Shown here: positions 1-9,199 of the stretch, in pieces
How the letters are laid out: the number at the start of each line of letters is the position of its first letter
Numbering within the stretch: position 1 is the stretch's first letter
From: Polyangia bacterium
GTDB taxonomy: Bacteria; Myxococcota_A; Polyangia; Palsa-1104; JAEUJZ01
DNA length: 64,000 nt
Direction of reading: 5' to 3'
Assembly: GCA_046351595.1 (NCBI GenBank)
Contig: JAXLYE010000004.1
Coordinates: 513,219 to 577,218, forward strand
Program-made: the position numbers and the translations under genes
Notes under the pieces: generated by a model
The model's input: the letters and a program-made list of their open reading frames with translations, nothing else
The model's database searches: none
What the model was told of the DNA's origin: nothing

Positions 1-201
1 CCAGCCCGCGCGGCGTTCCCGAGTCGCTGCTGCCGCCGCGCCGGCTGTCGCGCGCGGCGGGCCGCAAGGCGACCCCGCGGGCGCTGTCATGAGGCCGGCC
101 CTAGGCGCCGTGAAAAGTTCTCGCTCGCTCGTCGCTGCGCGCGCCCCGCTTGCGGCGGTCGCGGGCGCTTGCGAAGATGTCTCTGCCTGCGCTCCTGGGA
201 C

Positions 202-600
202 CGCTGCACGGCTAGCGTCCCGTCCGCGATGGAACGTCGCGGCTGCTCATGACCTGCATTGGAGAACGCGGAGTCGCGCACTGCCGCTTGCGGCTCTTCG
301 CAGTGTGCGCACCGCTGCACAGCAAGTAGTCGCGGTCCCAGGAGCTGCAGACTTTTTCGTGTCACCTTCTCCCTTCGGGGTCCGGGTCGGCCCAGGGCTA
401 GCGTATGGTCCGCGATGGAACGTCGCGGCTGACTCAGACCGGCACAATACAAGGCGGTGGGCCGAGTCGCCGCCAGCGGCTCTTCGCAGCTCGCGAGCGA
501 GCGCTTCGGCCCATCCCCGACCGGGTGGTCGCGAGCTGACGCCTTCGGCTCGAAGCGACTCGGCCACCGCTGCATCGGAAGTAGCGCCGGCCCGGACCCC
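202..600 (+). repeat. Diverged tandem duplication of about 190 bp (copy 1 about 202-345, copy 2 about 385-600). Each copy carries the hairpin CCGCGA-TGGAACG-TCGCGG (227-245 and 413-431) plus the shared blocks GGCTCTTCGCAG and CACCGCTGCA..AAGTAG..CG. It lies immediately upstream of, and overlaps the 5' end of, the retron RT ORF. Candidate retron msr/msd ncRNA region.
   Basis: Direct sequence comparison of the two segments: GCTAGCGTCCCGTCCGCGATGGAACGTCGCGGCTG against GCTAGCGTATGGTCCGCGATGGAACGTCGCGGCTG. The inverted-repeat stem is present in both copies. The position relative to the RT gene matches retron architecture. Confidence 0.35.
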
Positions 601-2160
601 GAGCTTCTCTGTCCGTCCGCTTTCTTCGTCGTCGTGTCGGAGGCCGTCGTGAGCCTGGCTGCGCTCCTTCTGAAGCTGCGCCCCCTGGTTTCGGGAGAGC
701 GCGTCAACTGGCCGCAGGTGTTCGCGCTGCTGCGCGGCAAGTCGGATCTGGCCGAGTACGAGGTCGCGCGCCTGTACGTCGCCCGCGTCGCCTCGCCGGG
801 CCTGCACCGCATGGCACGCAGCGTCGACCCGCGCGAGCGGGTGCAGGCGGCCAAGGGGATCCGCCTGTGCTGCACCCGGCAGGAGGCGGCGACGCTCCTG
901 CGCCCGCTGGTCAAGGACGTCGACAGCCACGTGCGCAGCGCCGCCCACGCCTCGGTGCGCGCGCTCGCGCTAGAGGACGTGGCGCTGCCCGATACGCGCT
1001 TCAAGCCGCCGCGCCGGCCCGACACGCTGCGCCCCGGCGGCTGGAACCCGACCGGCTGGTCGTTCGGTCTGTTCGGCCGCCGCTACTGGTACTGGAGCCA
1101 GAGCCCGAGCGCGAAGAAGAAGGGCGCGAAGAAGCCGGACCTCAAGAAGCTCGGTGTGCCGCCGCTCGGCTCGGTCGACGAGCTCGTGAAGTGGCTGGGG
1201 CTGGGCACGGCGAAGGACCTGCGGCGCTACATGCGGCCCGGCGCCGGCCCCGGCTCGCCCTACGTGCAGTTCACCATCCCGAAGTCGAGCGGCGAGCCGC
1301 GCACCATCACCGCGCCGCGCGCCTCGCTCAAGAAGCTGCAGCGCCGCATCCTCGACGAGATCCTGGCCAAGCTCGAGCCGCACGAGGCGGCGCACGGCTT
1401 CGTCCGCAGGCGCTCGGTGCTGAGCAACGCGCGGCCGCACCAGGGCGCAAAGCTCGTCGTGAAGATGGACCTGCGCGACTTCTTCCCGAGCATCTCGTAC
1501 AAGCGCGTTACCGGCCTGTTCCAGAGCTACGGCCTCGGCGAAGAGGTCGCGGCGGCGCTGGCCGGCCTGTGCACGCACCGCGCCGTGCTGCCCGACGGGT
1601 TCGTGCTGTGGCCCGGGGTGCTGCCGCAGGGCGCGCCGACCTCGCCGGCGCTGGCCAACCTCTTGTGCCGCCGGCTCGACGCGCGCCTCTCGGGTCTGGC
1701 CCGCCGCGCCGGGGCCGCGTATACGCGCTACGCCGACGACATGACGTTTTCGTGGCGGGAGCCGCCCAGCGCGGTCGCCGCCTCGGCCGAGCCGGCCGGC
1801 AAGAAGCCCGGGCTCGGGCGCTTCCTGTGGTGGGTCGAGCAGGTCTGCCTGCAGGAGGGCTTCGTCGAGAACGCCACCAAGCGCCGGGTCCTGCGCGCCT
1901 CGGGCCAGCAGCGCGTCACCGGCATCGTCGTAAACTCCGGGCTCTCGGTGCCGCGGCAGGCGCGGCGGCGGTTCCGCGCCCTCTTGCACAACTGCAAGGT
2001 CGCGGGCGTGGCGTCGCAGGCGCGCGGCCGCTCCGACTTCCGCGCGTACCTGCTCGGCTACGCCTCGTACATCAAGATGGTCCACCCCGCGCTCGGCGCG
2101 CGCCTCTTGCGCGAGGTCCGCGAGGTCCTGCGCAGCGACCGCGGCCCGACGGAGTCGTAG
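457..2160 (+). CDS. Retron-type reverse transcriptase with an N-terminal extension of about 230 aa (Mx162/Mx65-like). The RT domain starts near 1150-1230; the true start codon may be downstream of 457.
   Basis: Translation carries YVQFTIPKSSGEPRTITAP (the start of the RT finger), the NARPH (NAxxH) motif, QGAPTSPALANL (QGxxxSP), YADDMTF (YADD catalytic motif) and VTGIVVN (the retron VTG motif). A long N-terminal extension matches myxobacterial retron RTs. The RT gene is convergent with the downstream gene. Confidence 0.8.
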   Translation: MGRVAASGSSQLASERFGPSPTGWSRADAFGSKRLGHRCIGSSAGPDPELLCPSAFFVVVSEAVVSLAALLLKLRPLVSGERVNWPQVFALLRGKSDLAEYEVARLYVARVASPGLHRMARSVDPRERVQAAKGIRLCCTRQEAATLLRPLVKDVDSHVRSAAHASVRALALEDVALPDTRFKPPRRPDTLRPGGWNPTGWSFGLFGRRYWYWSQSPSAKKKGAKKPDLKKLGVPPLGSVDELVKWLGLGTAKDLRRYMRPGAGPGSPYVQFTIPKSSGEPRTITAPRASLKKLQRRILDEILAKLEPHEAAHGFVRRRSVLSNARPHQGAKLVVKMDLRDFFPSISYKRVTGLFQSYGLGEEVAAALAGLCTHRAVLPDGFVLWPGVLPQGAPTSPALANLLCRRLDARLSGLARRAGAAYTRYADDMTFSWREPPSAVAASAEPAGKKPGLGRFLWWVEQVCLQEGFVENATKRRVLRASGQQRVTGIVVNSGLSVPRQARRRFRALLHNCKVAGVASQARGRSDFRAYLLGYASYIKMVHPALGARLLREVREVLRSDRGPTES

Positions 2161-2164
2161 CTCG

Positions 2165-3124
2165 CTACTCCGTGCTGCGCGGGCTCGCGGCCAGCGCGGC
2201 GCGCAGCGCGGCGAGCTCCTGCTCGTTCTCCGCGAGCAGCCGATCGCGCTCGGCGCGCTCCTGCAGCAAGAGCTCGATGTGCCGCTGGCTGCGGCGCAGC
2301 TTGTCCTCCAGGCGCTTGCGCTGGAAGAACTCCGGGATGCGGGCCGCGGCCTCGCGCGCGGCGCCCTCTTCGTGTGCGCCGGCGCGGTACATGCCAAGGT
2401 GCTCGGACAGGCGCCACGGCGGCGACATGATGAAGCGGCAGGCCGCGTGGCCGGCGGCGCGGCAGGTGATCTCGACGGCGGCCAGCGGCAGGCCGAAGCT
2501 CTCTTCGCACCAGCCCGAGGAGTACCCCGCGTTCATCGCGCACACCGGCTGGCTCGCCTGCCGACCGCGCCGGATCCACGAGTCGGCCTCGAACGAGTAG
2601 GGGTGATCGTAGATCAGGTAGTAGTTCTCGTTGGGCACCACGCGGCTGCTCGGATCGATGCGCACCTTTGCCCAGCCCGAGAACGCGAACTGCACCGGCC
2701 CGATCGACAGGCGCTCGACGGGCTCGGTGATGCCCATGTGCGCGTGGAAGTGGCGCGCGTCCGACTTGCCGATGGCGTGCCCGAGATCGAACAGCAGGTT
2801 GGCCGCGAGCTTGCGCGCCTCGTGCTCACTGCCCTCGCTGTAGATGCCGGCTAACAGGTCCGTGAACTCGAGCGACATGGCGCCGGCGCGCATCAGGATG
2901 TAGCGCTCGCCGGAGACCTCGAGCGTGCCGTGCGCGGGGTCGTGGCGCAGGCTGCCGAAGTAGCGCCGCGCGTACTCCTCGGCCTTGCGGAACAGCGGCG
3001 CGAACTGCGGCGGGACGTCCACGGTCTCGACGGAGTCGACGGAGTCGGGGGCAGGGGAGGGGCCGCCCGACTCGTGCGGCTCGTGCGGCTCGCGGGGACG
3101 GCTCGGATCGTGGCTCGAGGTCAT
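2165..3124 (-). CDS. V4R / XylR-N-like ligand-sensing domain protein with a coiled-coil C-terminus. Its start overlaps the stop of the upstream cyclase gene by 4 bp (ATGA).
   Basis: Clean ORF with good codon usage. Resemblance to activator-of-aromatic-catabolism / 4-vinyl-reductase domains (GERYILMRAGAMS...LLFDLGHAIG, and a Cys-containing C-terminal half GWCEESFG...CRAAGHAAC). Translationally coupled to the 3121..7206 gene. Confidence 0.45.
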   Translation of the reverse strand: MTSSHDPSRPREPHEPHESGGPSPAPDSVDSVETVDVPPQFAPLFRKAEEYARRYFGSLRHDPAHGTLEVSGERYILMRAGAMSLEFTDLLAGIYSEGSEHEARKLAANLLFDLGHAIGKSDARHFHAHMGITEPVERLSIGPVQFAFSGWAKVRIDPSSRVVPNENYYLIYDHPYSFEADSWIRRGRQASQPVCAMNAGYSSGWCEESFGLPLAAVEITCRAAGHAACRFIMSPPWRLSEHLGMYRAGAHEEGAAREAAARIPEFFQRKRLEDKLRRSQRHIELLLQERAERDRLLAENEQELAALRAALAASPRSTE

Positions 3125-6100
3125 CGCAGAAGCTCCGTGTGCAGCGCCTGCGCGGCGCGTCCGTCATGGCTGTCGGCGAGTCCGCTGCAGCGTACGAGCG
3201 TCTGCTCGAGCAGACCCGCGGCCTCGGCGCGGTTGCCCTCGGCGCGCCACAGCCGACAGAGGCTGGTGGCGGCGCGCAGCTCGAACAGGCGCGCCTGCTG
3301 GCAGCGGGCGATGTCGAGCGCGCGCAGGAACAGATCCTCGGGCGCGCCGTCCAGCGGATACTCCAGGTAGGCGCCGCGGCTCTTTTGGCGCAGGACCTCG
3401 CCCTGCACGCGCAGTACCTCGGCCGCGGCGAAGCGCTCGCCGTTGGCGTTCATGCGCTGCACCGCGTCGGTGATCGTTGCCAGCGCGGCGTCGGGCTGGC
3501 CGCTCTCCAGCTCGAGCTGCGCGATGATCGCGAGCAGCATCGTCAGCGACAGCTCGGAGCCGACCTTGCGGCGCGCGCTCATCACCGCCTGCATGCGCGC
3601 GATGCCGGCCGGCGCCTGCCCCTCTTTCGCCTGCACCCAGCCGCCCAGGAACTCGGCCTGCAGCGCGACGTGCGGGTAGCCCTGCTGCGTCGCGAGGTGT
3701 TGTAGCTGCTGCGCCAGCTCGCGCACCGTGGGCACGTCCTGCAGGCCCTGCGCGAAGACCCCGGCCGCGAACATCGCGAAGGTCAGGCTGTAGGGGTGGT
3801 TGATCTCGCGCGCGCAGGCGACGGCGCGTTCGTAGACCGGGCGCGCCTGGGCGACGTGGCCGAGGTACCACAGGCAGTGCCCGAGGTAGCCGCCGCACAT
3901 CACCTCGAGATCGAAGCCGTACAGGTACGCCAGGCGCTGGTGGCGCTCGCGAAGGTAGCGGCGCAGCAGCGACTCGGCGTGCGCGCGCGCGGTGGTGAGC
4001 TCGCCGAGGAAGAAGCAGGTGATGTGCAGCGCCGCGGTGGCGGCCAGCGCCGCGTCGGAGTCCGGATCGCCCTGGCCCTCCTGCTCGAGCCGCAGCGCGT
4101 AGTCCCGCGCCAGCCAGATGCGGCCGCGCGTGATGTTGAACGTCCACAGCCCGAACAGCGTCGGCAAGAGCTCCGGCGGGCGGCCGGCGCCGCCGTCCCG
4201 CTCGACCCGCTCGCACAGCGCCAGCGAGCGCAGGAGCGCCTGCTCGGTCTCGGGCGCGACGAAGCCGCGCACCGCGGAGAGCGCGATGGCCTGCGGCGCA
4301 CGCAGCGCCAGCTCACGCCCGGCCTGCGTCGCGCTCTCGGGCAGCCGCGCGAGCAGGGCGAGCCCGCGCTCGAACAGCGCGATGGCCTCGCGCGAGGCGC
4401 CGCTGTGCAGCGCCTGCAGGCCGGCCCGCTGCAGCGCGTCCACCGCCTTGTCCAGCTCCTCGCGGCTGGCGTGCGGGTGATCCGCGGCCTGGCTGTAGTG
4501 GTGCGCGAGCAGCGGGTAGATCTCGCCGGCGCGGTGGCTGGCGACGCCGCTGGCGCTGCGCTCGTACCAGGCCGCGACCTCGAGGTGCAGCTGGCGGCGC
4601 TGCGCGAAGGCCAGCGTGTTGTACGCGACCTCCTGGATGATGATGTGCTTGAAGCTGTACGTGAGCTCGTCGGCGGCGAGCCGCGAGGTCAGGTCGTGCC
4701 GCTCGAGATCGTCGAGGTAGCCGCGCAGGTGCGGGCGATCCGAGGCGATGGGGTGGACGCTGCTCAAGAGCGGGTGGAAGAAGGTGCGGCCGACGACGCT
4801 GGCGACCTTGAGCAAGAGGTGCTGCGGCGGGCGCAGGCGGTCGATGCGGCTCAGCACCACGCCGTGCATGGTGGTCGGCAGGCGCAGCGCGCGCAGCTCC
4901 GCGAGCGTGCGCTTGAGGTGGCAGACCCCGGCCTCGACCCGGAACGCGCCGGCGTCGTGCAGCGCCGCGGCCAGCTCCTCGGTGAAGAAGGGGTGGCCCG
5001 CGGTCTGCTCGAACAGGAAGTCGACCAGCGGCGGCGGCGGCTCGGCCCCGCCCAGGCGGTCGCGCAAGAGCGCCACGACGTCGGCGCGCGGCAGCGGCTG
5101 CAGCACGAGGAGCAGCGCCTGCGGATCCGCGCGCAGGCGCTGGTACTCGGCGAGCGTCGCGGCGTCCGCGATGGCCGCCGGCGGCCGGCTGGTGATCACG
5201 AGGAGCAGCCCCGGCACCTCGCGGCGCACGCGGTGCAGGAGCGCCCACGACGCCGAGTCGAGCCAGTGCGCGTTCTCGAGCAGGAGCAGCAGCGGGCCGG
5301 GCGCGCGGGCGAGCATACGCGCGAGCAGCGCCTGCCGCTGCTCGGAGTGGGCGCGGCTGGCCACGGCGCGCGTCCACTCGCCGTCCGGATCGTCGAGGTC
5401 GAGGCGCAGCACCGGGCCGAGCAGCGCGAGCTGGTCCGCGTACTCGGGCGCGAGCTGCACGAGCCGCTCGCGCAGGAGCTGGCGCACGTCCTGGTTCAGG
5501 TCTGGGCGCAGGTCCTGGGCATCGGCCGGAGCGCCGCTCGTCGTCCGCGGGGCCGGCAGCCGGAACAGGGCGCGGAAGACGCTGGCCCAGGCGAAGTAGG
5601 CGGTCGTGCGCTCGATGGCGTCGCCGGTGCCGCACAGCGTGGTGATGCCGAGCCGCTCGGCGTGCGCCAGCACCTCGGCGATCAGGCGCGACTTGCCGAT
5701 GCCGGCCTCGCCCTCGATGAGGACGCAGCCGCCCGCCGCCTGGGCGCTGAGCGCGCGCAGGCGCTCGACGATGCGCTCGAGCTCTCCGTGGCGGCCGACC
5801 ATGCGATCGACGAAGTGCTCGGGCGAGGGCGGCGCGACCGGGCCCGCGGCGGCGAGCGGGACGTGCGCGGTGATCGGCTCGGCCTTGCCCTTGACCTTGA
5901 GCGCGCGCGAGCCGCCGAAGCGGACGCCCGCGCGCGCGGCCTCGTACGACGGCGCGTCGCACAGGATGGGCAGGGCGGTGCTGGCGGCGGCGCCCATCAG
6001 CCGCGCCGCCAGGTTGACGACGTCGCCGAGCACCGTGTACTCGCGGCGCTGCTCGTTGCCGATGGTGCCGCAGAAGGCGTGGCCGGTGGCGACGCCGATG

Positions 6101-7206
6101 GCGCAGCGGCCGCTCCCGCGCTGCAGCACGGGCTGACAGGCGACCGCCGCGCGCACGCCGCGCAGCGCGTCGTCCGGGTGCGACAGCGGCGGCAGCCCGA
6201 AGACCGCCAGCAGCATCACGCCCTTCTCGTCGACGTGCAGCTTGTTGATGCTGCCCTCGTGCTGGCCGATGATCGCCTGCAGCTCGGACACGAGCTCGGG
6301 CGCGCGATCGCCAGCGCCCGGGGCCGCGGCGGCCTGATCGTCGAGATCCGGCAGCAGCGCGAACAGCACGGTCACGCGCCGCAGCTCGCCGAGCCAGCCG
6401 CCCTGTCCCGCGTCCAGGCGATCGAGCACCGCGTCCGGCAGGCAGGCGCGCAGCGGCGCCACCATCTCCGGCCGCAGCGCGACCCGGGCGCTCGGCGCGA
6501 CCGGCGGCGCCACGAGCTGCACAAGGCGCACGCCGCCGTCGACGGGCTCGGCGTGTCCGCGCGCCGCGATCTGCTCCCAGGCCGGCGCCGCCAGCGCCAC
6601 CTGACCCGGCTGCGCGAGCGGGCACAGGAGGCTGGCCTGCTGCAGGCCGGCGCCGGTGCACACGAACTCCCAGCGCCCGTCCCCGCCGCCGAGCTGGCGC
6701 AGCACCACGTCACCCAGGCCGATGCCGATGCGCATGGACAGGGTCACGCCGTGCACCGGCCGCGCGCCCGCGAGCGCCGCCTGCAGCGACAGCGCGCAGC
6801 CCGCGGCCTGCGCGACCGCGTCCGCGCTGCCGTCGTCGCCGTCGCCTAAATCACCCGCCGCCGGCACCCGCCACAGCGCGATCAGCCCGTCGCCGGCGAA
6901 CTTTACGACCTCGCCGCCGTTGGCATCGATGCGATCGATAATCTGGCCGAAGTAGGCGTTGAGGGTCGCGGCCAGGAGCTCGGCGCCGACCTCGCCCTGG
7001 CGGCTCAGGCGCTCGGTCAGCGCGGTGAAGCCCGAGATGTCGGCCAGGAGCACCGCCGCGCGTTGCCCCAGCCGGATCGGCGCGGCGGGCGGCTCGGGCT
7101 GCGCAAGGTGCCGGATGTACTGGAGCGGGACGTAGCTGGCCAGAGTCTGCAGCTCCGCGCTCGCACCGGCCGGGTCCTGCTCTTCCTGCCGCGGGGCTGC
7201 TGACAT
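3121..7206 (-). CDS. Large signalling protein with two class III adenylate/guanylate cyclase domains, an AAA/STAND-like ATPase and C-terminal TPR-like repeats.
   Basis: First cyclase domain: LLADISGFTALTE...VVKFAGDGLIALW. Second cyclase domain: HVDEKGVMLLAVFGLP...GVATGHAFCGTIGNEQRREYTVLGDVVNLAARL. Walker A: GEAGIGKSRL. Long helical-repeat C-terminus. 1361-aa ORF with ATG at 7206. Confidence 0.85.
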   Translation of the reverse strand: MSAAPRQEEQDPAGASAELQTLASYVPLQYIRHLAQPEPPAAPIRLGQRAAVLLADISGFTALTERLSRQGEVGAELLAATLNAYFGQIIDRIDANGGEVVKFAGDGLIALWRVPAAGDLGDGDDGSADAVAQAAGCALSLQAALAGARPVHGVTLSMRIGIGLGDVVLRQLGGGDGRWEFVCTGAGLQQASLLCPLAQPGQVALAAPAWEQIAARGHAEPVDGGVRLVQLVAPPVAPSARVALRPEMVAPLRACLPDAVLDRLDAGQGGWLGELRRVTVLFALLPDLDDQAAAAPGAGDRAPELVSELQAIIGQHEGSINKLHVDEKGVMLLAVFGLPPLSHPDDALRGVRAAVACQPVLQRGSGRCAIGVATGHAFCGTIGNEQRREYTVLGDVVNLAARLMGAAASTALPILCDAPSYEAARAGVRFGGSRALKVKGKAEPITAHVPLAAAGPVAPPSPEHFVDRMVGRHGELERIVERLRALSAQAAGGCVLIEGEAGIGKSRLIAEVLAHAERLGITTLCGTGDAIERTTAYFAWASVFRALFRLPAPRTTSGAPADAQDLRPDLNQDVRQLLRERLVQLAPEYADQLALLGPVLRLDLDDPDGEWTRAVASRAHSEQRQALLARMLARAPGPLLLLLENAHWLDSASWALLHRVRREVPGLLLVITSRPPAAIADAATLAEYQRLRADPQALLLVLQPLPRADVVALLRDRLGGAEPPPPLVDFLFEQTAGHPFFTEELAAALHDAGAFRVEAGVCHLKRTLAELRALRLPTTMHGVVLSRIDRLRPPQHLLLKVASVVGRTFFHPLLSSVHPIASDRPHLRGYLDDLERHDLTSRLAADELTYSFKHIIIQEVAYNTLAFAQRRQLHLEVAAWYERSASGVASHRAGEIYPLLAHHYSQAADHPHASREELDKAVDALQRAGLQALHSGASREAIALFERGLALLARLPESATQAGRELALRAPQAIALSAVRGFVAPETEQALLRSLALCERVERDGGAGRPPELLPTLFGLWTFNITRGRIWLARDYALRLEQEGQGDPDSDAALAATAALHITCFFLGELTTARAHAESLLRRYLRERHQRLAYLYGFDLEVMCGGYLGHCLWYLGHVAQARPVYERAVACAREINHPYSLTFAMFAAGVFAQGLQDVPTVRELAQQLQHLATQQGYPHVALQAEFLGGWVQAKEGQAPAGIARMQAVMSARRKVGSELSLTMLLAIIAQLELESGQPDAALATITDAVQRMNANGERFAAAEVLRVQGEVLRQKSRGAYLEYPLDGAPEDLFLRALDIARCQQARLFELRAATSLCRLWRAEGNRAEAAGLLEQTLVRCSGLADSHDGRAAQALHTELLR

Positions 7207-7302
7207 ATGTCTCCAGAGAACACTCTACCACCCACCGCCCGCGGCGTGGATGCCGCCGTGCGCAGGTGTAATTCGGCGCGCGCAAGGTAGACGTTACGCA
7301 GC

Positions 7303-7608
7303 TCAAGGAATCGCGGTGGCCAGCGTGGCGACTCTGGGAGTCCCGATTCCGGTCGCCAGGTCGTAGCCGGTCCGGGTCGCGCAGCCGCCGTAGCCCATGT
7401 CGCGGATGTCGCGGAAGGCCGAGCGCGTCGCCGTGTGCGTGTACAAGAGCGGGTTGAGGAACCCGACCGCAGGCTTGCCGCTGGCGCGGCGCGCGTGGTT
7501 GATGAGCGTCACCGCGCCCGCGAACACCGGCGTCGACGCCGAGGTGCCGTCGGCGTAGGTCCACTTGCCCAGGTACGTAAGCGGCGATTCAGCCCTGGCT
7601 CCGGTTCC
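7303..7608 (-). pseudogene. C-terminal fragment of a sedolisin (peptidase S53) gene carrying the catalytic-serine motif; no N-terminal part is adjacent.
   Basis: Minus-strand translation from about 7608 reads ESPLTYLGKWTYADGTSASTPVFAGAVTLINH...GFLNPLLY...GYDLATGIGTP, the S53 C-terminus including the GTSxxxP Ser motif. It is preceded by an in-frame stop and an AT-richer degenerate sequence (7540-7780). Confidence 0.6.
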
Positions 7609-7786
7609 CTACACCGCGTGCAAAAGAGGCCGGAACGGAGTCCGTGCGGACACTACGCAAGTAAGGACTGAAGGGACTGGAGGGACTCCCGGGGGCGGCG
7701 CGGCTGCTTTTCTGTCGGCGGAGGTGGTACGATGAGGCCGCGCACTGCGGACGGCGGGGGCGCTCAGGTCTTATTCGGAGTCAGAT

Positions 7787-9058
7787 ATGCCAAGTGACAC
7801 GGAGAATCCCAATCTGACGTTCGCCCGGAACTGGACGACCGGCGGCCCGATCGAGCTCGAGAGCCTCAGCGGCTCGCGCGCGACGATCCTCGCTGAGGCC
7901 GATCGGAACCACGACGGCGTGGTCACCATGCGTGAGGCCCGGGATCGGCTGATCGTGAGCAGCCGCGTGCTCTCGGACCCCGCCGCGCAGACGTTCGAGG
8001 CGGAGCTGGAGCTGTTCCTGCTGGAGCGGACCGGGCACGCGGTCGATCTGACGGGGCCGGGCGGCACGGGCCGGTCCCGCATCCTGTACATCCAGCTCAA
8101 TAACGTGAGGAACCAGAAGCTGCGGGAGGAGCAGGATCTGCTGCGGATCGCGCAGCGGGATCCGGACCGGCCCGTGCTGGACACCCTGAACCTGACCCGG
8201 GAGTTCAACACCAACGGCGACGTCGCGGCTGCGACCGCCGCCTTCCGGGGCGCGCTGTGCCGCTACTTCGACGGGCTGATCGCGCACGGGCAGCGCATGA
8301 GCGGCTTCGTCCTGTCCGGGCACAGCAACGGGACGGCGATGCTGCAGGAGACCGCGGACCACCTGTACTACGCGAACCTGGAGCCGCGCGCGGTGCTGCG
8401 CGAGCTGCGTGCCGGGAGCCCGGCGTATCGGGCGCTCATGGACGGGTGCGAGAAGGTGGCGGCGCTCGCGTGCTTCCAGGGCAGCGCGCTGAACGAGTGG
8501 GCGGAGATCTTCCCGAACGCGGCGCTGGCCGGGACGCGGATGTTCGCACCGCTCAGCAGCTCCCCGGCCTCGGCGGCGCTGTTCGATCAGGCGGCCACTG
8601 CGCACCAGATCCTCGAGGACGCGGCCGGTGACACCGCGTCGGCGCGGCGGGTCGCGGCGAGCGTGCCGTACAGCGCCGCGCTGCGGTCCTCGGAGCCGTC
8701 GCTGCATGTGCCGATCCAGCATGACGAGGTGCGCGCCAAGGCGCGGGCCCAGCTCGCGGCCGCCGAGAGCGAGTACCGGCGCCTCGAAGCCGAGATCCGC
8801 CAGATCCGCAGCAAGGGCGCCGCCGGCTTCTCCCAGAGCCTGCTCGATCGCGCGTACGCGGTCGCGAACACGTACTATCTGGCCCTGACCGATCTCTGGA
8901 TCGCCGAGGGGCGGCCCGGTGGGGAGGGCGGCGCGGAGGCGCACCGGCTGGCGCAGGCGCAGTTCGAGGTCCACGACCTGTTCGCGATCCGCAAGCACCT
9001 GCCGCGGCCGGATGTGCCGAGCGGCGTGGAGCCTACGATCCAGACCTCGTACGCCTAG
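7787..9058 (+). CDS. Hypothetical protein (423 aa) with an EF-hand-like Ca-binding loop (DRNHDGVVTMRE); no signal peptide.
   Basis: Long ORF with plausible codon usage. DxNxDGxVxxxE matches the EF-hand loop consensus. No other recognisable family. Confidence 0.45.
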   Translation: MPSDTENPNLTFARNWTTGGPIELESLSGSRATILAEADRNHDGVVTMREARDRLIVSSRVLSDPAAQTFEAELELFLLERTGHAVDLTGPGGTGRSRILYIQLNNVRNQKLREEQDLLRIAQRDPDRPVLDTLNLTREFNTNGDVAAATAAFRGALCRYFDGLIAHGQRMSGFVLSGHSNGTAMLQETADHLYYANLEPRAVLRELRAGSPAYRALMDGCEKVAALACFQGSALNEWAEIFPNAALAGTRMFAPLSSSPASAALFDQAATAHQILEDAAGDTASARRVAASVPYSAALRSSEPSLHVPIQHDEVRAKARAQLAAAESEYRRLEAEIRQIRSKGAAGFSQSLLDRAYAVANTYYLALTDLWIAEGRPGGEGGAEAHRLAQAQFEVHDLFAIRKHLPRPDVPSGVEPTIQTSYA

Positions 9059-9199
9059 CAGCCGGCGCGAGCGCGCGGCCCGGAGCTCCGGGCCCGAGGC
9101 GGAGAGGAAAGGGAAAAGGAAAGGAAATGGAAAGGGAAGAGGGGCGGGGGAGGAGGGAGCGGCGGCGCAGGTCCGGCGGAGCCCTCCGCCGTCGCGGGG

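Noticed and set aside
87-1025. 312-aa minus-strand ORF and 187-aa plus-strand ORF over the retron leader.
   Set aside because: Low-complexity Arg/Ser/Ala translations. The region contains structured direct repeats consistent with ncRNA rather than protein.
3796-6849. 1017-aa plus-strand ORF, and the other long ORFs 4313..6661 (-) and 3164..4216 (-), inside the cyclase gene.
   Set aside because: Arg/Ala/Gly-rich low-complexity translations typical of out-of-frame or antisense reading of 70% GC DNA. The minus-strand frame encoding recognisable cyclase/ATPase motifs is the real gene.
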